Positions 25,065-39,689 of a DNA stretch of 64,000 bases are shown here, piece after piece. Position numbers and translations under genes: made by a program. Below the pieces are notes generated by a model. The model was not told the DNA's origin. It ran no database searches and saw only the letters and a list, made by a program, of their open reading frames with translations. Every line of letters begins with the position of its first letter. Position 1 is the first letter of the stretch. The stretch is taken from contig CM106585.1 in assembly GCA_048013815.1 (NCBI GenBank), positions 18,104,001 to 18,168,000 of the forward strand, in the 5' to 3' direction. This stretch comes from Setoptus koraiensis (taxonomy: Eukaryota > Animalia > Arthropoda).

Positions 25065-28000
25065 GAAAGTAAAGTAAATAGAAAGGGGGGGGGGCGGGGG
25101 GGGGGGGTGGGAGGGGGGGGGAGGGGGGGAAGGGGGGGGGGAAAGGGGGAACACCAAATCTGTATAAAGTCAAAAAAGATAATAAGAAATGAAACAAAGC
25201 CGTAGAAAAGGAAAGTTCTCAAGCAGTTAAAATAAGTAAAGTAAAAAAGTTTACAGAAAAAGTAGGGGGGGGGGAAAAAGCGAAGAGAGGGGGGGGGGGG
25301 GGGAAAGGGAAAAAAAAAGAAAAAATACAGAATCTAAGAAAGGGGAAAAAAAGTTTGGAATATAGAGTAAACATTTATTAATGTTCAAAGTAATAACAGA
25401 TAATAAAGACATAAGTAAAAAAATGAGGGGGGGGGGGGGGGGGAAAGAACATAAAAAAAAGGGGGGGGAAAAAAAGAAAGTAAGAAGGGGGGGGGGGGGT
25501 GTCGAATGGGGGATGGGGGGGGAAAAGGAACCATAAAACAAAGGAAGAAAATAGTGGGGAAAAAGAAAGACGAAAAAAAGTAAGTAAAAACAAAGAGTCC
25601 CACAAGTATGGGGGGAAAAAGCAATAAAAAGGAGTACTAAAAGTTTATTAGTTGTTTAAAAAAAAGTAGGGGGGAAATGGATTCTAGCCTAAGGGAATAA
25701 AGGAGGGAAAACAAAAAAAGAAAAGTTAGAAAAAAAAAAAGTTAACAGTTAAGAGGGGGGGGAAAAGAGTATAGTAAGTAAAGTCACACAGTAGCAAGTT
25801 AGTGGGAAAAAGTTATAGCGCAATATAAAGAACGAAAGTTTAAAAAAAAACTAAAAGAAAGGAAGGGGAAAAAGAGCGAAAAAAGTTGCAGAGTTCAAAA
25901 AGGGAAAAAAAAGGAAAAATGAAAGGGGAAAAAAGAAAGAGAAAAAGTAAAGGGGGAAAAAAGAATAGTAGTTAGTTATCAAAGTAAGGGAACAAAAAAA
26001 AAAAATAAATGTCAACAGAAAAAAGGGGGGAATGGGAAAGTAAAATAAGATTTAAGTAGACAAGAGGGGAGGGGGGGGGGGGGGAAAGGGAGGGGGGGGG
26101 GGGGAAAAACAGTTAGGGGGGGGAAAGTTAAGGGAAAAAGTGCAAAAGAAGTAAAACGTAAGTCGGGGGGGGGTAACAAGCAAGTAGATTAATAAAAAGT
26201 ACGTGAAACAGGGGGGGGGAAGAAGAAACAAGTAAAGAAAAGCACAAAGTAGAATACAAGAAGAAAAAGAAGAAGAGTAAAATAGGGAACAAAAGTTTAG
26301 GGGGGAAATGGGGGAAACCAATCAAATTCAAAAGTTACAAGTGGGGGGGGAAAGAAATAAAGTACCTAGTAATTAAGAGGGGGGAACAAAGTAAAAAGTA
26401 TAGGTATAAGAAAAATAAAAAAAAAAAGAAGAGGATAAAAAAAAAAAAATAGCAAAGAAGGTAAGAAAGTTAAAGATAAAATTAGTTAAAGAGGGAAAGA
26501 GAGAAAGAAAAGTAAATAAAAGGGAGGAAAAATGGGGGGGGGGGGGAAATAAATAAAAGTTAGGGAAGGGGGAGAAGGGGGGGGGGGGTGGGGGAAAAAT
26601 GGGGGGGGGGGGGGGGGGGGAACTAAAGGGGGACAGTTCAAAAAAAAAAAGAAAAAAAAGGGGGGGGGGGGAAAAACAGGGGGGGATGGATAAAAGATGG
26701 GAAAAGAAAGAATTAGAGGGGGGGGGGGGTAAAAAGGGGAAAAAAAAAACAAGTGGGGGGAAAGGGGGGAACAAGAATGGGGAAAAGGGGGGGGGGGGGA
26801 AAAAAAAGAAGAGTAAATAGATAACTCTACAAGAAGACAAAGGGGGGGGGAAAAACAAGAGTACTTTTCAACAAATAAAACAATAAAGAAGTAGTTTTTT
26901 TAATGTTAAAAAGTGGGGGAAAATATCAGGGTGGGGGGAAAAATAAAGACAGGGGGGGAAAAAAAAGGAAAAGTTGAATAGTAAAGTTTAAGTACAGTCA
27001 AAAAAAGAAGTAGCAAGTGGGGGAACTAAAAAAAAAGTATGTTTAAAATAGAAATAAGAAAATAAAAATATAAACAATAAACTGAAATTAAAAGTAAAGA
27101 AAGAAAGAAATACATCAGGGGAAAAATGTTTAAAGCAAGATAGTTCCATGAAAAATAAGAAGATGTTCAAAAGGGGGAAAGAGGGGGTGGGAAAAAGCTA
27201 AAGAGGATAAACAAAGAAGTGTAAAGCAGAAAAAAAATAAGTCCAAGAAAATAGAAAGTTAAGAAGCACATGCAGTAAGGGGAAAAGGGGAGGGGGGGAA
27301 AAGTTAGTAAAAAGCTAAAAATTCGGTTGTAAGACAGAGGGGAAAAAAGTAAACAAGTTAGTAAGTTACAAGGGAAAAAGAAAATGTTGCAAGTTAGCAA
27401 AAAGAAAAGGGAAATGGGGGGAAAAAAAAAGTAAGTACAGTAAAGGAAAGGTTGAGTTAGGAAAAAAAAAAAAAGTAGTTAAGAAGTTAAGTAGAGAAAG
27501 TGAAGGTTGGAAAAAAGTTGAGGAATAGTATAAAAAGGTTGGGGGGGGGGGAAAATGGGGGGGGGGGGGGGGGATGGGAAAGCAGAGTTGCCAACGTTAG
27601 AAGTAAGTTGGAACAATAGATAGGAAAAAGTAAAAAAAGGGGGGAACAGAATAAAAGTGGGGGAAAAAAATGGGGGGGGGGGGGGGGGGAAAGAAAAAGG
27701 GGGGGGGGAATAAAAGAGAAAGAATACAAAAAAAAGAAGAACAAAGGGGGGGGGGGAAAAAAAAACAAGTGGAAAAGTAAAAACAAAAATAAATAGGGGA
27801 AAAAATAAAGTAAAAAATGGGGGGGAATAGAAAAGGGAATAAGAAATAAAAGTTAAGTATAGTCAGGGGGGATCGGGGAAAGAATAGAACTTCAGTAATA
27901 AGAAAGGGGGAAAATGGGGGAAAAGGGGGGGGGGAAATAGGGGGGGAAAAAAGAAAAAGTTATAAGTAGAAGGGGGGGGAGGGGGGGGAATAAAAAATAA

Positions 28001-31000
28001 GAGGGGAGGAAAGTTATAGTTAGGGGGGGGGGGGGGGGGGGGGGGGGAAAAAAAGTTAAAAGGGTGAAAAAAGTCAAAATAAAATAGATAAAAGGGGGGG
28101 GGGGGGGGAAGAGGGGAAAGGGGGGGGGGGGAATGACAAGAAAAAAGAAACAGGGAAAAAGGGGGGGGGGGGGGGGGAGAAGAAAGGAATATAAAATATA
28201 ACGGGAAGGGGAAATATAATGGGGGGGGAATAAAGTAGTCAGGGGGAAAATGGGGGGGGGGAAGGGGGGGGGGGTGGGGTGGGGGAAAGGGGGGGGAAAC
28301 GGGGGGGAGGAAAATAGGGAAAAAATAAAGTAACAGGGAAAAAAAGGGGAAAAAGGGGGGGGGGGGGGGGGGGGGGAGGGAAAAAGGGGAAAACAAAACA
28401 AATAACCAAGTAAAGACAAAACAGTAAAAAACAAGAGAGGGGGGGGAAAATAGACAGAAAAGTTAAGGGGGGGGGGGGGAAAAGTGGGGGAAAAAAGTAG
28501 TGAGGGGGGGGGGGAAAATGGATGAAACGGGGGGGAAGAACTAAAAATTATAAGCGGGGGGGACGGTTGAAAATTGGGAAAGGGGGGGGGGAAAAAACTA
28601 AAGAAGGGGGGGGGAAAAAGTAAAAACAGAAAGGGGGAAAAAAACAAGGGGGAGGGGGAAAAAATACAACAAAAAGGAAGGGGGGAAAAGGGGGGGGGGG
28701 GGGGGGGGGAATAATCGGGAAAAGGGAAACATTAGGGGATAGGGAATAGAAGAGTCAACGTTAAAAAAAATAATGAGGGAAAGAGAAAATAAAGAAAAAA
28801 AGTAGGGCAAAAGCGGAAACATAGAAAAAAAGCAGTAAGTAAGGGGGGGGGAAGGAATAAAGTTTAGGGGGGGGGGGGGGGATGGGGGGGAGGGGGGATG
28901 TGTGGGGGGGGGGAATAGGGGGGGGGGGGAAAAAAAGTAAAAGGGGAAAAAAAATTGGGGGGGGGGGAAAAAGTATCAAAGGGGGGGGGGGAGGGAAAAG
29001 TGGGGAACAGGGGTGGGGTGGGGAGGGGGGGGGGGGTGGGGGGGGGGGGGTGGGGGGGGGAGGGGGGGAATGGGGAAAAAGAAACGGGGGAAAGGGGGGG
29101 GGGAAAGTTTTACAGAAAGCCTGGGGATGGAAAGAACAAAGGGGGAAAAGGGGATAGAAAAAGAGAAAGTACAGTAAAAAAAGGGAAAAGAAGTTTAAAG
29201 GGGGGAATAAAACCTAACTCAATAAGTAAAAGTACAGTTTTGGAGGGGGGGAAAAAGAAAAGGGGGGGAAAAAGAAAAAAAAAACTAAAAAATAAGGGGG
29301 TTGAGTTAAAAAAAAATAAAATAGGAAGAAAATAAGAAGTAATACACAAGGGGGGGGGGGGGGGCGGGGGGGGGTGGGAATTAGTTGCCAAAAAAACAAA
29401 ATCAAAAAAGTAAAACAAAGTTAAGTAATTAAGAAGCACAAAATTTAAAAAATGAAAGGAATAAAGTATATAAAAATAGAAGAAAAGGGGGGGGGGTTGG
29501 GGGGGGAAAATAAAGTAATGAAAAGTTAGGGGGGGAAAAAAAATAATAGTCGGGAAAAAAGGGAATAGTTTAAAAGTAACGATAGGGGGGGGGAATAATA
29601 AACAACCAAAAAAGATGTGGGAGGGAAAAAGAGGGGGGGGGGAAAAAAAGTTTAGAAAAAAGGGGGGGATGTAGTATAGGAATGTTTGCACAGTTAGAAA
29701 AAAATTTCACGGTGGGGGGGGGGGAAATCAAACGATTAAAAAAAGTTTAAGGGGGGAAGTAAGGGGGGGGAAAAAGAACGTTAAAAAAAGGAAACAAAAG
29801 TAGGGTGGGGAAGTTAATGGGGGGGGGGGAAAAAGACATAAAAAAGATAGTATGTTAAAAGTTGCCCAGTTAAGAAAGATAAGATCCAGTTTGATTAAAG
29901 TAAGTTAAGTTATAAAGGGGATCAATAGGGGGGAACAATAACAAAAATTAGTTATAGAAGAAGAAAAATCTAAGAAGTTGAAAGTTAAGTAGGGGAAGGA
30001 AAAAAGAAACAAGAGTATATAATTGGGGGGGGAAAGGAAAAGTAATGGGGAATACAAAAACAGAAAGAAGTAGGGTGGGGGGGGGGGGGGGGGGGGGGGG
30101 GAAAGTAAAAATAGGGGGGGGGGGGGGGGGGGAAAAGGGGAAAAAAGGGGGAAACAGGGGGGGGGGATGGGGGAAATAGGGGGGAAAAAGTTCAGTTAGT
30201 AAGTATATAAGAAGTAGGGGGGGGAATGGAACAAAAGTATGAGGGGGGGAAAAGGGGGGGGGATGGGGGAAATAAAAAAACAGTAGGGGGGAAAACAGGG
30301 GGGAAAAAAAAAAGAGCAGTAGGGGGGGGAAGAAAAGGAAAAGGGGGGGGTGAAAAAGGGGGGGGGGGGGGGGGGAGGGGGGGGGGGGGGGGGGAAAAAA
30401 AAAAAGTTTAAGTAGGGAAACAATAAAAAGAAGGATAAGTAACAGAAGTACGGGGAAAAAGTAAAAGAAACACAAAAAAAAAAAGTAAAGTAGAGGGGGG
30501 GGGGGGGCGGAAGGGGAGAGGAAAGGGGGGGAATAATTAGTCGGGGGGGGGAGGGGGGGGGGGGGGAAAAAGACAGTTAAAAAAATATGTAAAAGATTAG
30601 GGGGGGGGGGGGGGAAGAAAAGAAAACAAGTAGTAGTTGGTAAGAAAGGGATAAGACATGGGGAAAGTAGGGGGGGGAATCCAAAGAGGGGAAAAGAAAG
30701 AAATGGTAAGGGGGAAATAGCTAATGGAACAAAAAGTAAGTAAAAAAAGAACAAAAAAGTCGTAGGTAAGATAGATAAGGTAGGGAAAGACAAAAAGGGG
30801 AAAAAAAGAGGGGAAAAAGAACAAACACAAGAGGGAATAAAAATAATACAAATGGGGGGGGGGAAAAAAAACAGTTGGAAGAAAGTGGAAAAGTAGTAGT
30901 GGGGGGGGGGAATAATTAGTTAAGGGGGGGGGGGGGGGGGGGGGGGGAAGGGGGAAATATATGGGGGGGGGGGGGGAAGATAAAAATAAGGGGCGGGGGG

Positions 31001-34000
31001 GGGGGGGGAAAGAGTGGGGGGGAAATAAAGGGGAAAGCGAAAAATGGGGAATATTAAGTATATAAAAAAAGTGGGAATAGAATGGGGGGGGGGGGGAAAG
31101 TAAAAGGTACAAAGTATAAAATATATGAAAGTAAGTAGGGAAAGAGGGGGGGAACGGGGAACGATGGGGGGAATACAAGGTGGGGGGGGAAAAAGGGGGG
31201 GAAATAAAAGAAAAGTTAAAAAAAAAAAAGATAGAATAATGTTTAAAAGCGGGAATAAAGATGGGAACAGAAATGTGTTAAATGTAAGTTTAATTGGGGG
31301 GAAAAGTCGGGGGGGGAGTTGAAAGAACATAAGTACAGGAGGAGAAAAAGGGGGGAGGGGGGGGGGAAAAAGTAAAGTAAGTTAAGTAAAGTGTTAAGGG
31401 GGGAAGGGAAAGTAAAGATGTTAATTATTAAGTTAGTTGAAATGAAACACAAAAGTAATAAAATGTAAAAATTCAAAAAGGAATTAAGAGTAAAAAGAAG
31501 GGGGGGAAAGAACAAAACAAAAGTAAAGTGGGCGGGGGGAAAAAAAAGTTGCCAAGTAAAAAGTTAAGTATACATATAGTAGTAATAGTTAAGGGGGGGG
31601 GGGGGGGGCGGAAAAGTTAAAGTCAAAAAGAAGGTAAAGTATAGAAGAATGGGGGGGGGGGGGGGGGGGGGGGGAAGTTTTGTAAGAGAGTAAGGCAATA
31701 ATAATAAGAGTAATTATGAAATTAGTTTAAGTCTTGGGGGGGGAAAAAAAGAAAGTATATAAAAGAAAGAAAACAGTGAAGTCAGTGGGGAAGAGAAGGG
31801 GGGGGGGGGGGGGAAAGGCGGGAAATAGGGGGGGGGGGGGGGGGAAGGAAAGGGGAAGAAATGGGATGAAAAATAAGAAATAGAGAAAGTTATGAAAGTT
31901 AGAAAATACGAAGAGAGGAAAAAGGGTAACGTTCTACAGTTGAGTTAAATAAAGAGTTAGAGAATATTGGGGAAAAAAAAATAAGGTAAAAAAAAAAGAC
32001 AAAAAATTTCACAAATAGTAGAGTAAGGAAAAAAAGTTCAATAGAATGAAAAGAAAACAGTTTAAGTATAAGGAAAAGAAGAAGATAGTAAATGTTAAAA
32101 ACAAAAAAGGGGGGAAAAGTTTAAGAGGGGGAATACTAGGAACTACTAGTTATAGATAAAGGGGGGGGGGAAAAAGAAAGCAGTTAGGAAAATTTAGTAA
32201 TGGTAAATACAACAGAAAGGGGGCGGGAACAGTAGTATTGGGGGGGAAAAAAGAAAGCAAGATGTGTAAAGAATAGATATTGAAGTATTAATTGGGAAAG
32301 GGGGGGGGAAACACATCAAAAAGTTGGGAAATACAATAAAAATAAAGGGAGAAGATGGAAAAAAGAATGGGGGGGGGGGGAAGCTAATAAGGGGGAAACT
32401 AAAAGGTGGAGGAAAATGAACAGAGGGAATAAAATATAAGGTGCCAAAGTTATGTTAGTAGTTCAAAGTTAACAGTATTAGTACAAATTAGTTAAAAGTT
32501 TAAGTTTAAAATAAATATAGGGGGAAGTAAAAAATTGTGTCTTTATAAAGTTAAGTAGAGAATCAGTAAAAGACGAAAGAGTAAAAACTATAAAGGGAAA
32601 ATAAAGGGACGGGAAAAAGAGTAGAGAAAAAATATGGAAGGGGAATAGAAAGTAGGGGGGAGAGAAACAAGAAAGGAAGAGTTAAAAAAATAAGTTGGGG
32701 GGGGGAAAGTAAGTTGGGGGTGGGGGGTGGGGAATAGTAGGGGGGGGGGGGGGGGGGGGGGGGGGGGATAGTTGGCAAAAAGGAAAAGTTTATAAAAGGA
32801 AAAAGGGGGGGGGGGGAAGGAAAAGGGGGGGGGGGAAAAGTGGGGAAAGGGGGGGGAAGAAATAAAATAAGTAGTAGTATAGAATTAGATAACTTAGGAA
32901 GGGAATTAAAGTAAAGTAATAATATGTAAAAAAAAATCATAGTTACTAATCTTAGTAGACAAAAAGGGGGGATAGAAATGGGGGGGGGGGTGGGAAAAAA
33001 TAAAAGAAAGGGGGGGGAAATAAAGTTAAAATAGAAGTAAAAGTTTTAAAGGGGGGGGGGGGGGTGAAATGTAGAGAAAGACAAGTTAAAAAAGGGGGAC
33101 AAAACATAAGAAAAGAGGGGAAGGGGAAAAAAGGGAACAAAAACCTAAAGTTAAAGCGGTGGGGGGGGAAGGGGAAAGTAAAAAAAAAGAAAAGAAGTAA
33201 ATAAGAAGGGGGGGGGTGAATACGAAAAAATAGTAAAAAACTGAAAAAAAAAAACAGAATGGTAGGGGGGGGAAGGGGGGATAAAAAGTTTCAAAAAGTA
33301 AGAAGAGGAAAAGTAGAAAGAAGACGTAGTAGTCAAGGGGAAAAGAGAGAAAGAAAGGGAAAAAGTTGGGGGAAAGGGGGGAAAAATGGTGGGGGGGAAA
33401 AAAATTTTAAGTTGAGAGATAAGTCTACAGTGAAATAAAAAGATAAGAAGTAAACATCAAAACAGGGGAAAGTTAAAAAAGGGGGGGGGGGGTGAAAGAA
33501 ATTTAAAAATAAAAGAAGGGGGAAGAAAGTAAAGAGAAAACCAAGAAAGAGTTAGTAGTTAGAAAAAAAGTTTAAGACACAGCATAGTAGTAGGGAGAGG
33601 GGGGGGGAGGGGGAAAGTTTTAAAGGTTAAAAATGAAAAAGTTGAAAGTAGTAAGTTAAAGTATTAAAAAAGTAAGAAAAAAGGGAATAAAGTAAGTAGT
33701 AGTAAATAAAAAAGGCAAAAAAAATTAGTTGTAAGAAGAGGAAGACGTGTGGGGGGAAAAGAAGCATAAAAGTAAGAGAAGAAGTAAAAGAAGAGTAAAG
33801 AAGTTGCTAGAAGTTAGTTATAAGGGGGAGGGGGGGGGGGGGGGGGTGGGGGGTGGGGGATTAAAGACAAAAAAGTTTTCAAGTAAGGGGGGGGGGGGGA
33901 TAGGGGGGGAATTAAATGGGGGGGGGAAACAAGTAAAATCCTACGGGGGTAAAATAAATGGGGGGGGGAAAGAAACATCAGGGGGGGGGGAAAGGGGAAA

Positions 34001-34040
34001 GTTTATAAAAAAAGGGGAAAAATAAGGGGGGGGGGGGGGG
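25065..34040. other. About 9 kb purine-only low-complexity tract (G and A homopolymer runs), probable sequencing or assembly artefact inside the LIM-gene intron
   Basis: C is almost absent on the + strand; irregular G5-G25 and A-runs with no stable period; gradual decay from normal sequence at the left edge and abrupt return near 34041. All ORFs here are P/F- or G/K-rich noise. Confidence 0.8.
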
Positions 34041-37000
34041 CGGGCTGAATCAGTAAAAAAAGTTGCCAAAGTGAGTATTCGGATAATTATATTATTGATT
34101 TGCAAAATCAGATCCTCACTCACTTCACTGGCTGTTTGTGCGCTACAAAACCTGTTTTGCCTGTCGAAGAAAAATCATCGACACAAAGATAGGACAATAT
34201 CAAAGATGGCGATATAAACGTAGCCATGCAGAGTTTATGTTTATATATGTGAACTAATATACAGATCGTTCATGATTCATTTTTGAAAGTTACAGTTGCA
34301 ACTCGAAGAAATTCTCTCTTGTGAATTACCTGCGACGCTTACACCAACATATCAACATAAGCCTCAGCATCGACATCAACATCGCCGTCAGTGATGGTTG
34401 CCAATAGTAGACAACAATAACTAGCAAAAACCACCGTCGCATTTTGTTTATGAAGTGTATGAAGTTTATGAAGGCCACTTTTTGTCGTCTTGCCATTTAT
34501 TTCTTGTGTGACACAATAATCATAATTTTAATAATAGTTATAGTAGTAATAGTAATAATAGCGATACATGCAAACATACATGTCCAAGAAACACAGTTCT
34601 CTGTCAAGTAGTAGAAGTGGTGGTGGCAATCTCTAACCACCATTGATCACAAGCCCAGATATCGTCGGAAGGCCGCTACATCACAACACACAAAATATCA
34701 TCATCGTCGGTAATTGGATCGAGCCAGTTAAGGTAAACGTTACTTGTTGTCGTTGTATTCGTCGTCATCGTAGTTGTCGTTACTGTCTCCTCGAAGATAC
34801 TTTTTCTCAAATAGTGTTTCGATCGACACACATATCATCTCCATATGTATTGTGGGACAACAACAACAACAGCTTTGTTGTTGTTGTTGTACTGTTAGCT
34901 TTCGAAATTTGAATGGCTAACTTGTGTGTGACATTAGCATCAGGCAAAAAATGAGACGATGAGCAAAACCAAATAGCGCTGTCCAGTGAACGCATCGATA
35001 GTCATCATCATATTTCTTCTCTTGTTAGTCTATGAATGATGTGTGCACATCAAGAACAAGAAAAAACTAAAGAGAGTGAAACAATCCCCGAGTTGTTGAG
35101 TCGAGTTAGTTAGCTCACAAGTTGGGTTGTTAGCAAATCGATAAAGATTTGTTGTAACAACACAGCACATGACAATTTTTGCGAGAGTTTGCCCAAAAAA
35201 AGGAACAGCCACAGTTGACCAGATCAGCTATGAAACGATTGACGATTAGACGGCGTTAGCTGTCGTTTGTGTGCTGTTGTGTAAAAGTGAACAACTAGAC
35301 CGAGACTCAATTCTTTTGCGTCACATGTCGCCGTTATGTGTAACATGTATCAAGGTGATAATGATGCCCATCAATATCGATCAATTAGTCAAATGGACAA
35401 AGTGATGCAGAAAGATGAGTCTCACCAGTTGCGTCATGTTGTTTTATCGCTACAACAAACAAACACACAAATCATATATCATGGTGTCGTATTCTTAGAA
35501 GAATTAAAAAGCCTCCCCCAGGCAACAGCCATAAAGAGTGTTGCTCCTCCCTTCAAATAGTGTCCATGCCTCATAATTATAGTGTCGTCATGCTAGCATC
35601 ATCGCCATAGTATCTTCATCTTGTATCGCTTATGCATCTATCTCTGTAATAATAGTCTCAATATTATTTGTGACCATTGTAACGTTAGCTTGTGTGTGGA
35701 ATGATGCGGAGCTGGACGAATAGCAATCTCTCTCAATCGATTTATAACTGTCTCTGTCACTACGATATCTCATTCACTTGCAACAATACCTACGAATAAT
35801 ATGATTCTCATAAACAGACTAGTCAACATCAATAACAAATACTAATCATATTTATATCCCTCTATCTGTATATCTCTATTGATTGCCTGTCTGCTTGATT
35901 ATAATAACAATCGCAACAACTAACTAAAAACAATATCACATCACTTTGTATATGTGTGTGTGTCGAACTAATTTTTAACAACAACAACAACATAACGATA
36001 ACAATAACAATAACAATAACCTCAACTTATGACTGCCAACGTCAACGAAAACCACTTCCTTGCAAACCATTCAATTTCGTCAATTAAATTCAATTAAATT
36101 ACAACAACAACAACAAAATATTGCACGCCTCAAATATTAATCAACCACCGCTAAATCTGACAACAACAACATCAAGAACAACACCAACAACTACTACAAC
36201 AATAACAATAATAACAATCACTAATACTGTCCAATCGCATAACAATAGCAGCTCCACTCATAGACGAATATCTACTGAATAGGGGCCAATTGAGTGCCCA
36301 CAGCTACGATCCCAACAATCAAGGTTTGTGTTTGTCACTTAATTAACCTGAGTACATTCTCTGCACATATCATTCACTACTACACCGAGTTAGTCAATCT
36401 TCGTTGATTAAATGACTCACTGAGCACAATCATTACCAAAAACACTTCCAAGTCTAGCATGTGAGCAAATAACCATAGAATCCATCAGACAGACTGCAAG
36501 CAAATTGACGTCTCAGGCGATAGTGATTAACAGTTGAGCTGAATCACATCATTTGACTGGCTGCTCACTGATTGATAGTGTACATGTGTCTACGAATCAG
36601 TTTGACCTCTCACTGTTTAATTCTGTTCAATTAATTCTCACATTGTATCTGTGATGATTTGTTATTGCGCTTGCTTTAAAACTTCTATGTTAGAATCATA
36701 CCTCGAGCCGGCAACGTACTCAACAATATTTCAACAGATTGCTAAAGCAAGTAGTGGTCGTAGTCTGTTTTGACCTGTTCGCCTGTGCTGTTGTTGCTGA
36801 CGACGCCACTGTAATCCTTTTATATTATAAAATGATCCATACATGTAGCGGCCTTTGATTTGCCATTCAACTAGTAGGGCTAGATTAGATTGTTACGTCA
36901 GGCCAGGCGAGAGGGAGGCGAGACTAGATTGGATCCGTATAACAACGAATGCATTCATCCATTATGCTCGCAACAGGCAATATTTCCGCTGAACACAAGA

Positions 37001-39530
37001 GATATAGATAGATAGTCTTGATAGGAAAGGAAATGGCGAAAGAGCAGTGAATTAGCATAGCGAAGATCTTGTCAAACAAGCACACCAAATTTTAGGTTTT
37101 GTTGTTGTTATCATCATGAGGAGTTATTGATGATGCTCACATTCATTCACTCTATTGCTGCCAGTGAGGCATGATGATATTTCAATTTAAATGGTCATTG
37201 ATTACCGCTGCCCCTTGATATTCCGTTAATAATAATGACGATGATACTGAAAATGGAAGATAAAACTAAAAAAAGAGAAAAAGAAAGACAAGATTAATGA
37301 TGATATTGTGATAAGCGTTTGCTGTTAGACGAGATATTTTGCTTGCGTTCAGCTTAGAGCGGTAACTGTTGATAGTGATTTTCAAGAGACTCCCCCATCA
37401 CCGACATTAGCTTATAGTAATTACATTCGTGTTGTTTCTAAATTAATCATCATAGCAAAATCTCGAACGGAATAATTACCGCTGTTATGGTTGTAACTAT
37501 TCCTTGAGCATCTTGTCAAGCCATTGACATGAATTATGCAGCACAGGCTGGGCACAGTTCTTCTCACAATTCTAAAGATATATTATTATATTATTGTAAT
37601 AGTCAGCGTGTGCACTAAATGCTTGGATGTTTGCTCAAATCGTCTTGACGAGACATTGAAAATTCGGGCTGTTGGTATCACGTTTATTTCTCGTTCTGTT
37701 TACAGTGGCGCCGCCGATGTTATCGATGCGATTGTTACGAAATGCGTGAGCCGAGCGATGAAGCTAGTAAAGAGCAACCATATATCTCTGCCATGTGTAG
37801 GCCCTACTGGCGCCATGGTCATCGTGTTGCTTGACCAAAGATGCCAATTGCAAGAGCTTAGACAAACTATTTGTAATTGGTCAGCTTTTGAGTCGGCAGC
37901 AGCTAATTAATTCGTTACTGTTCTTTATTTGTGTACTAATACTACCATCGGATCGTTTACTTTGTTTGTCCTAAACGATAATCACGCTTTAAAACAGACA
38001 TGCACTTAGAGAAGCTCTTGGCTAAATTAAATGATGTTCATAACACAACTAATAAATCATTCATTTTATTCTAAATATTGCAAACACACACAAAATCTTA
38101 TCAAACCAATTAACGGAAATACCACAAACCACGATATTACCACACAGGAGGCAGATGGAAGCAAATGGTCATCTGCGAGAATGAGCCAGCAGAATTGCCA
38201 AAGGATGTTATTAGATGTAAGTAGTAGATAAATTGTGCCTGTTTGTCGCATCTAAAAGTGCCTAGCAATTGATGGTCATTTTGTGATGCAATCAAAATGG
38301 TCTGGGTGCACCTGTTTCTGCAAAACTGATTCGTAATCTTCAATCGCTCACTCAAATTTAATTGAGTTTAACATGCTTTCAAATGGGACTGTTTGGCAAA
38401 CTGTGAATGGCCCGAGACTAATACTTGCTCACTGGATTTTAATTAGCCTACATCTGATTAACAGTAAGCTATCGATGCTCACGATTAAAGAGAGACAGAA
38501 TGTAATCTCACAGTCTTATTTGAGTGAGTTGCAAAGAGTCACTACTACTGTGTACTTAATTTCTCAGCGTGCAGCTTGCCGTCCGGCAATTAGAGCGTCG
38601 TTAATTTGCTAGTGATTATCAACGCGATTTTCACTGTCAGTGCATCCATTTATTGCTGGTGTGTTCATGTGTGCAATTGCCCACTTCTGACAACACGCCA
38701 ACAACCAGTGTCTTGCCAATGTTTCTATGTTAAGCCAGTCAAAAGGCTAGCGGGCGGGCGGGCGAGCGAGCAAACAAACAAACGGAATGTCTTCTGCTCT
38801 TGGCTGATCATCTGTAGCATCTTAATCTCCGCGACATTACTGTGACATTGTCTACAACGGACAGTTATACTACCGGATGGATGCTAATATTTGCATATTT
38901 GCTTTTTGAGAGAACCGTCACTTGTTGTCGCAAAAAAGCAAACTATCGTTCGAGCAGATTAAATTTTTAAGGCTCATTGTTAATCCAGACTTAATGGAGA
39001 TCAAACGAAAGTGAGCTCGCCTCCAAGAGTCGACACTCAAGGCGTCATAAGTTATAACTCAAAAGTTATGAGTGATGAGCTTTAATTTGGAGCTCATTTG
39101 TACCGTGAGTCGTCAGTATGAGCCATCACTTGTGAGTGGTTCTCATATTCAAACAAACTCAAGCTAGCTTTGCTAACATCAATATGCTAATAGAAATGCA
39201 TATTCGCCTGGACATTTATGCGCCAAATATGACTAAAAGCAGGCCGTCTTAGCGCTGGCGAGTTGCAGGGCTAGACAGGCCAACTGGACCATCTCATACT
39301 ATTTGCCTCCAATCAATGGACAGTGTGTGATTTTTGCCAATTTGCCAATCTGGCCGCCATTACAGGCACACTGGCGTAGTAGTATTTGCGGTGTTCAGCG
39401 TGAATCTTAATCGGGTCTTAATCGTTGTTAATCGCTAGTGTCACACTAGATTTTTATCGTTGTTATGTTGCTGTTATTCATCATGCTCAACACAAGACAA
39501 CATGGACACAGGAGTACTAACTGATAGCTT

Positions 39531-39556
39531 CTCTCTCTCTCTCTCTCTCTCTCTCT
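39531..39556 (+). repeat. (CT)13 microsatellite
   Basis: Directly visible, about 130 nt upstream of the large LIM-gene exon. Confidence 0.9.
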
Positions 39557-39689
39557 GCCCTTTTTTTCTCTTTCTAATAATCACTGGATGATGGTCGCCG
39601 TTTTATAACCATGGAACCGTCACAAAAATTGATACAATCCTAACGAATATGCAAACCCGTAATTGAATACATTTGCTTTGCGAAAAAAG

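Noticed and set aside
34041-34111. Possible LIM-gene exon end at a GTGAGT donor (34071) with a nearby AG (34111)
   Set aside because: The phase needed to join the 39690 exon contains a TGA, the implied 41-nt intron is very short, and the upstream sequence is unreadable.
25000-34123. Dozens of Pro/Phe-rich (-) and Gly/Lys-rich (+) ORFs up to 281 aa, superficially extensin- or formin-like
   Set aside because: They are products of G/A homopolymer noise, where stop codons are depleted by composition; no real motif or periodicity.
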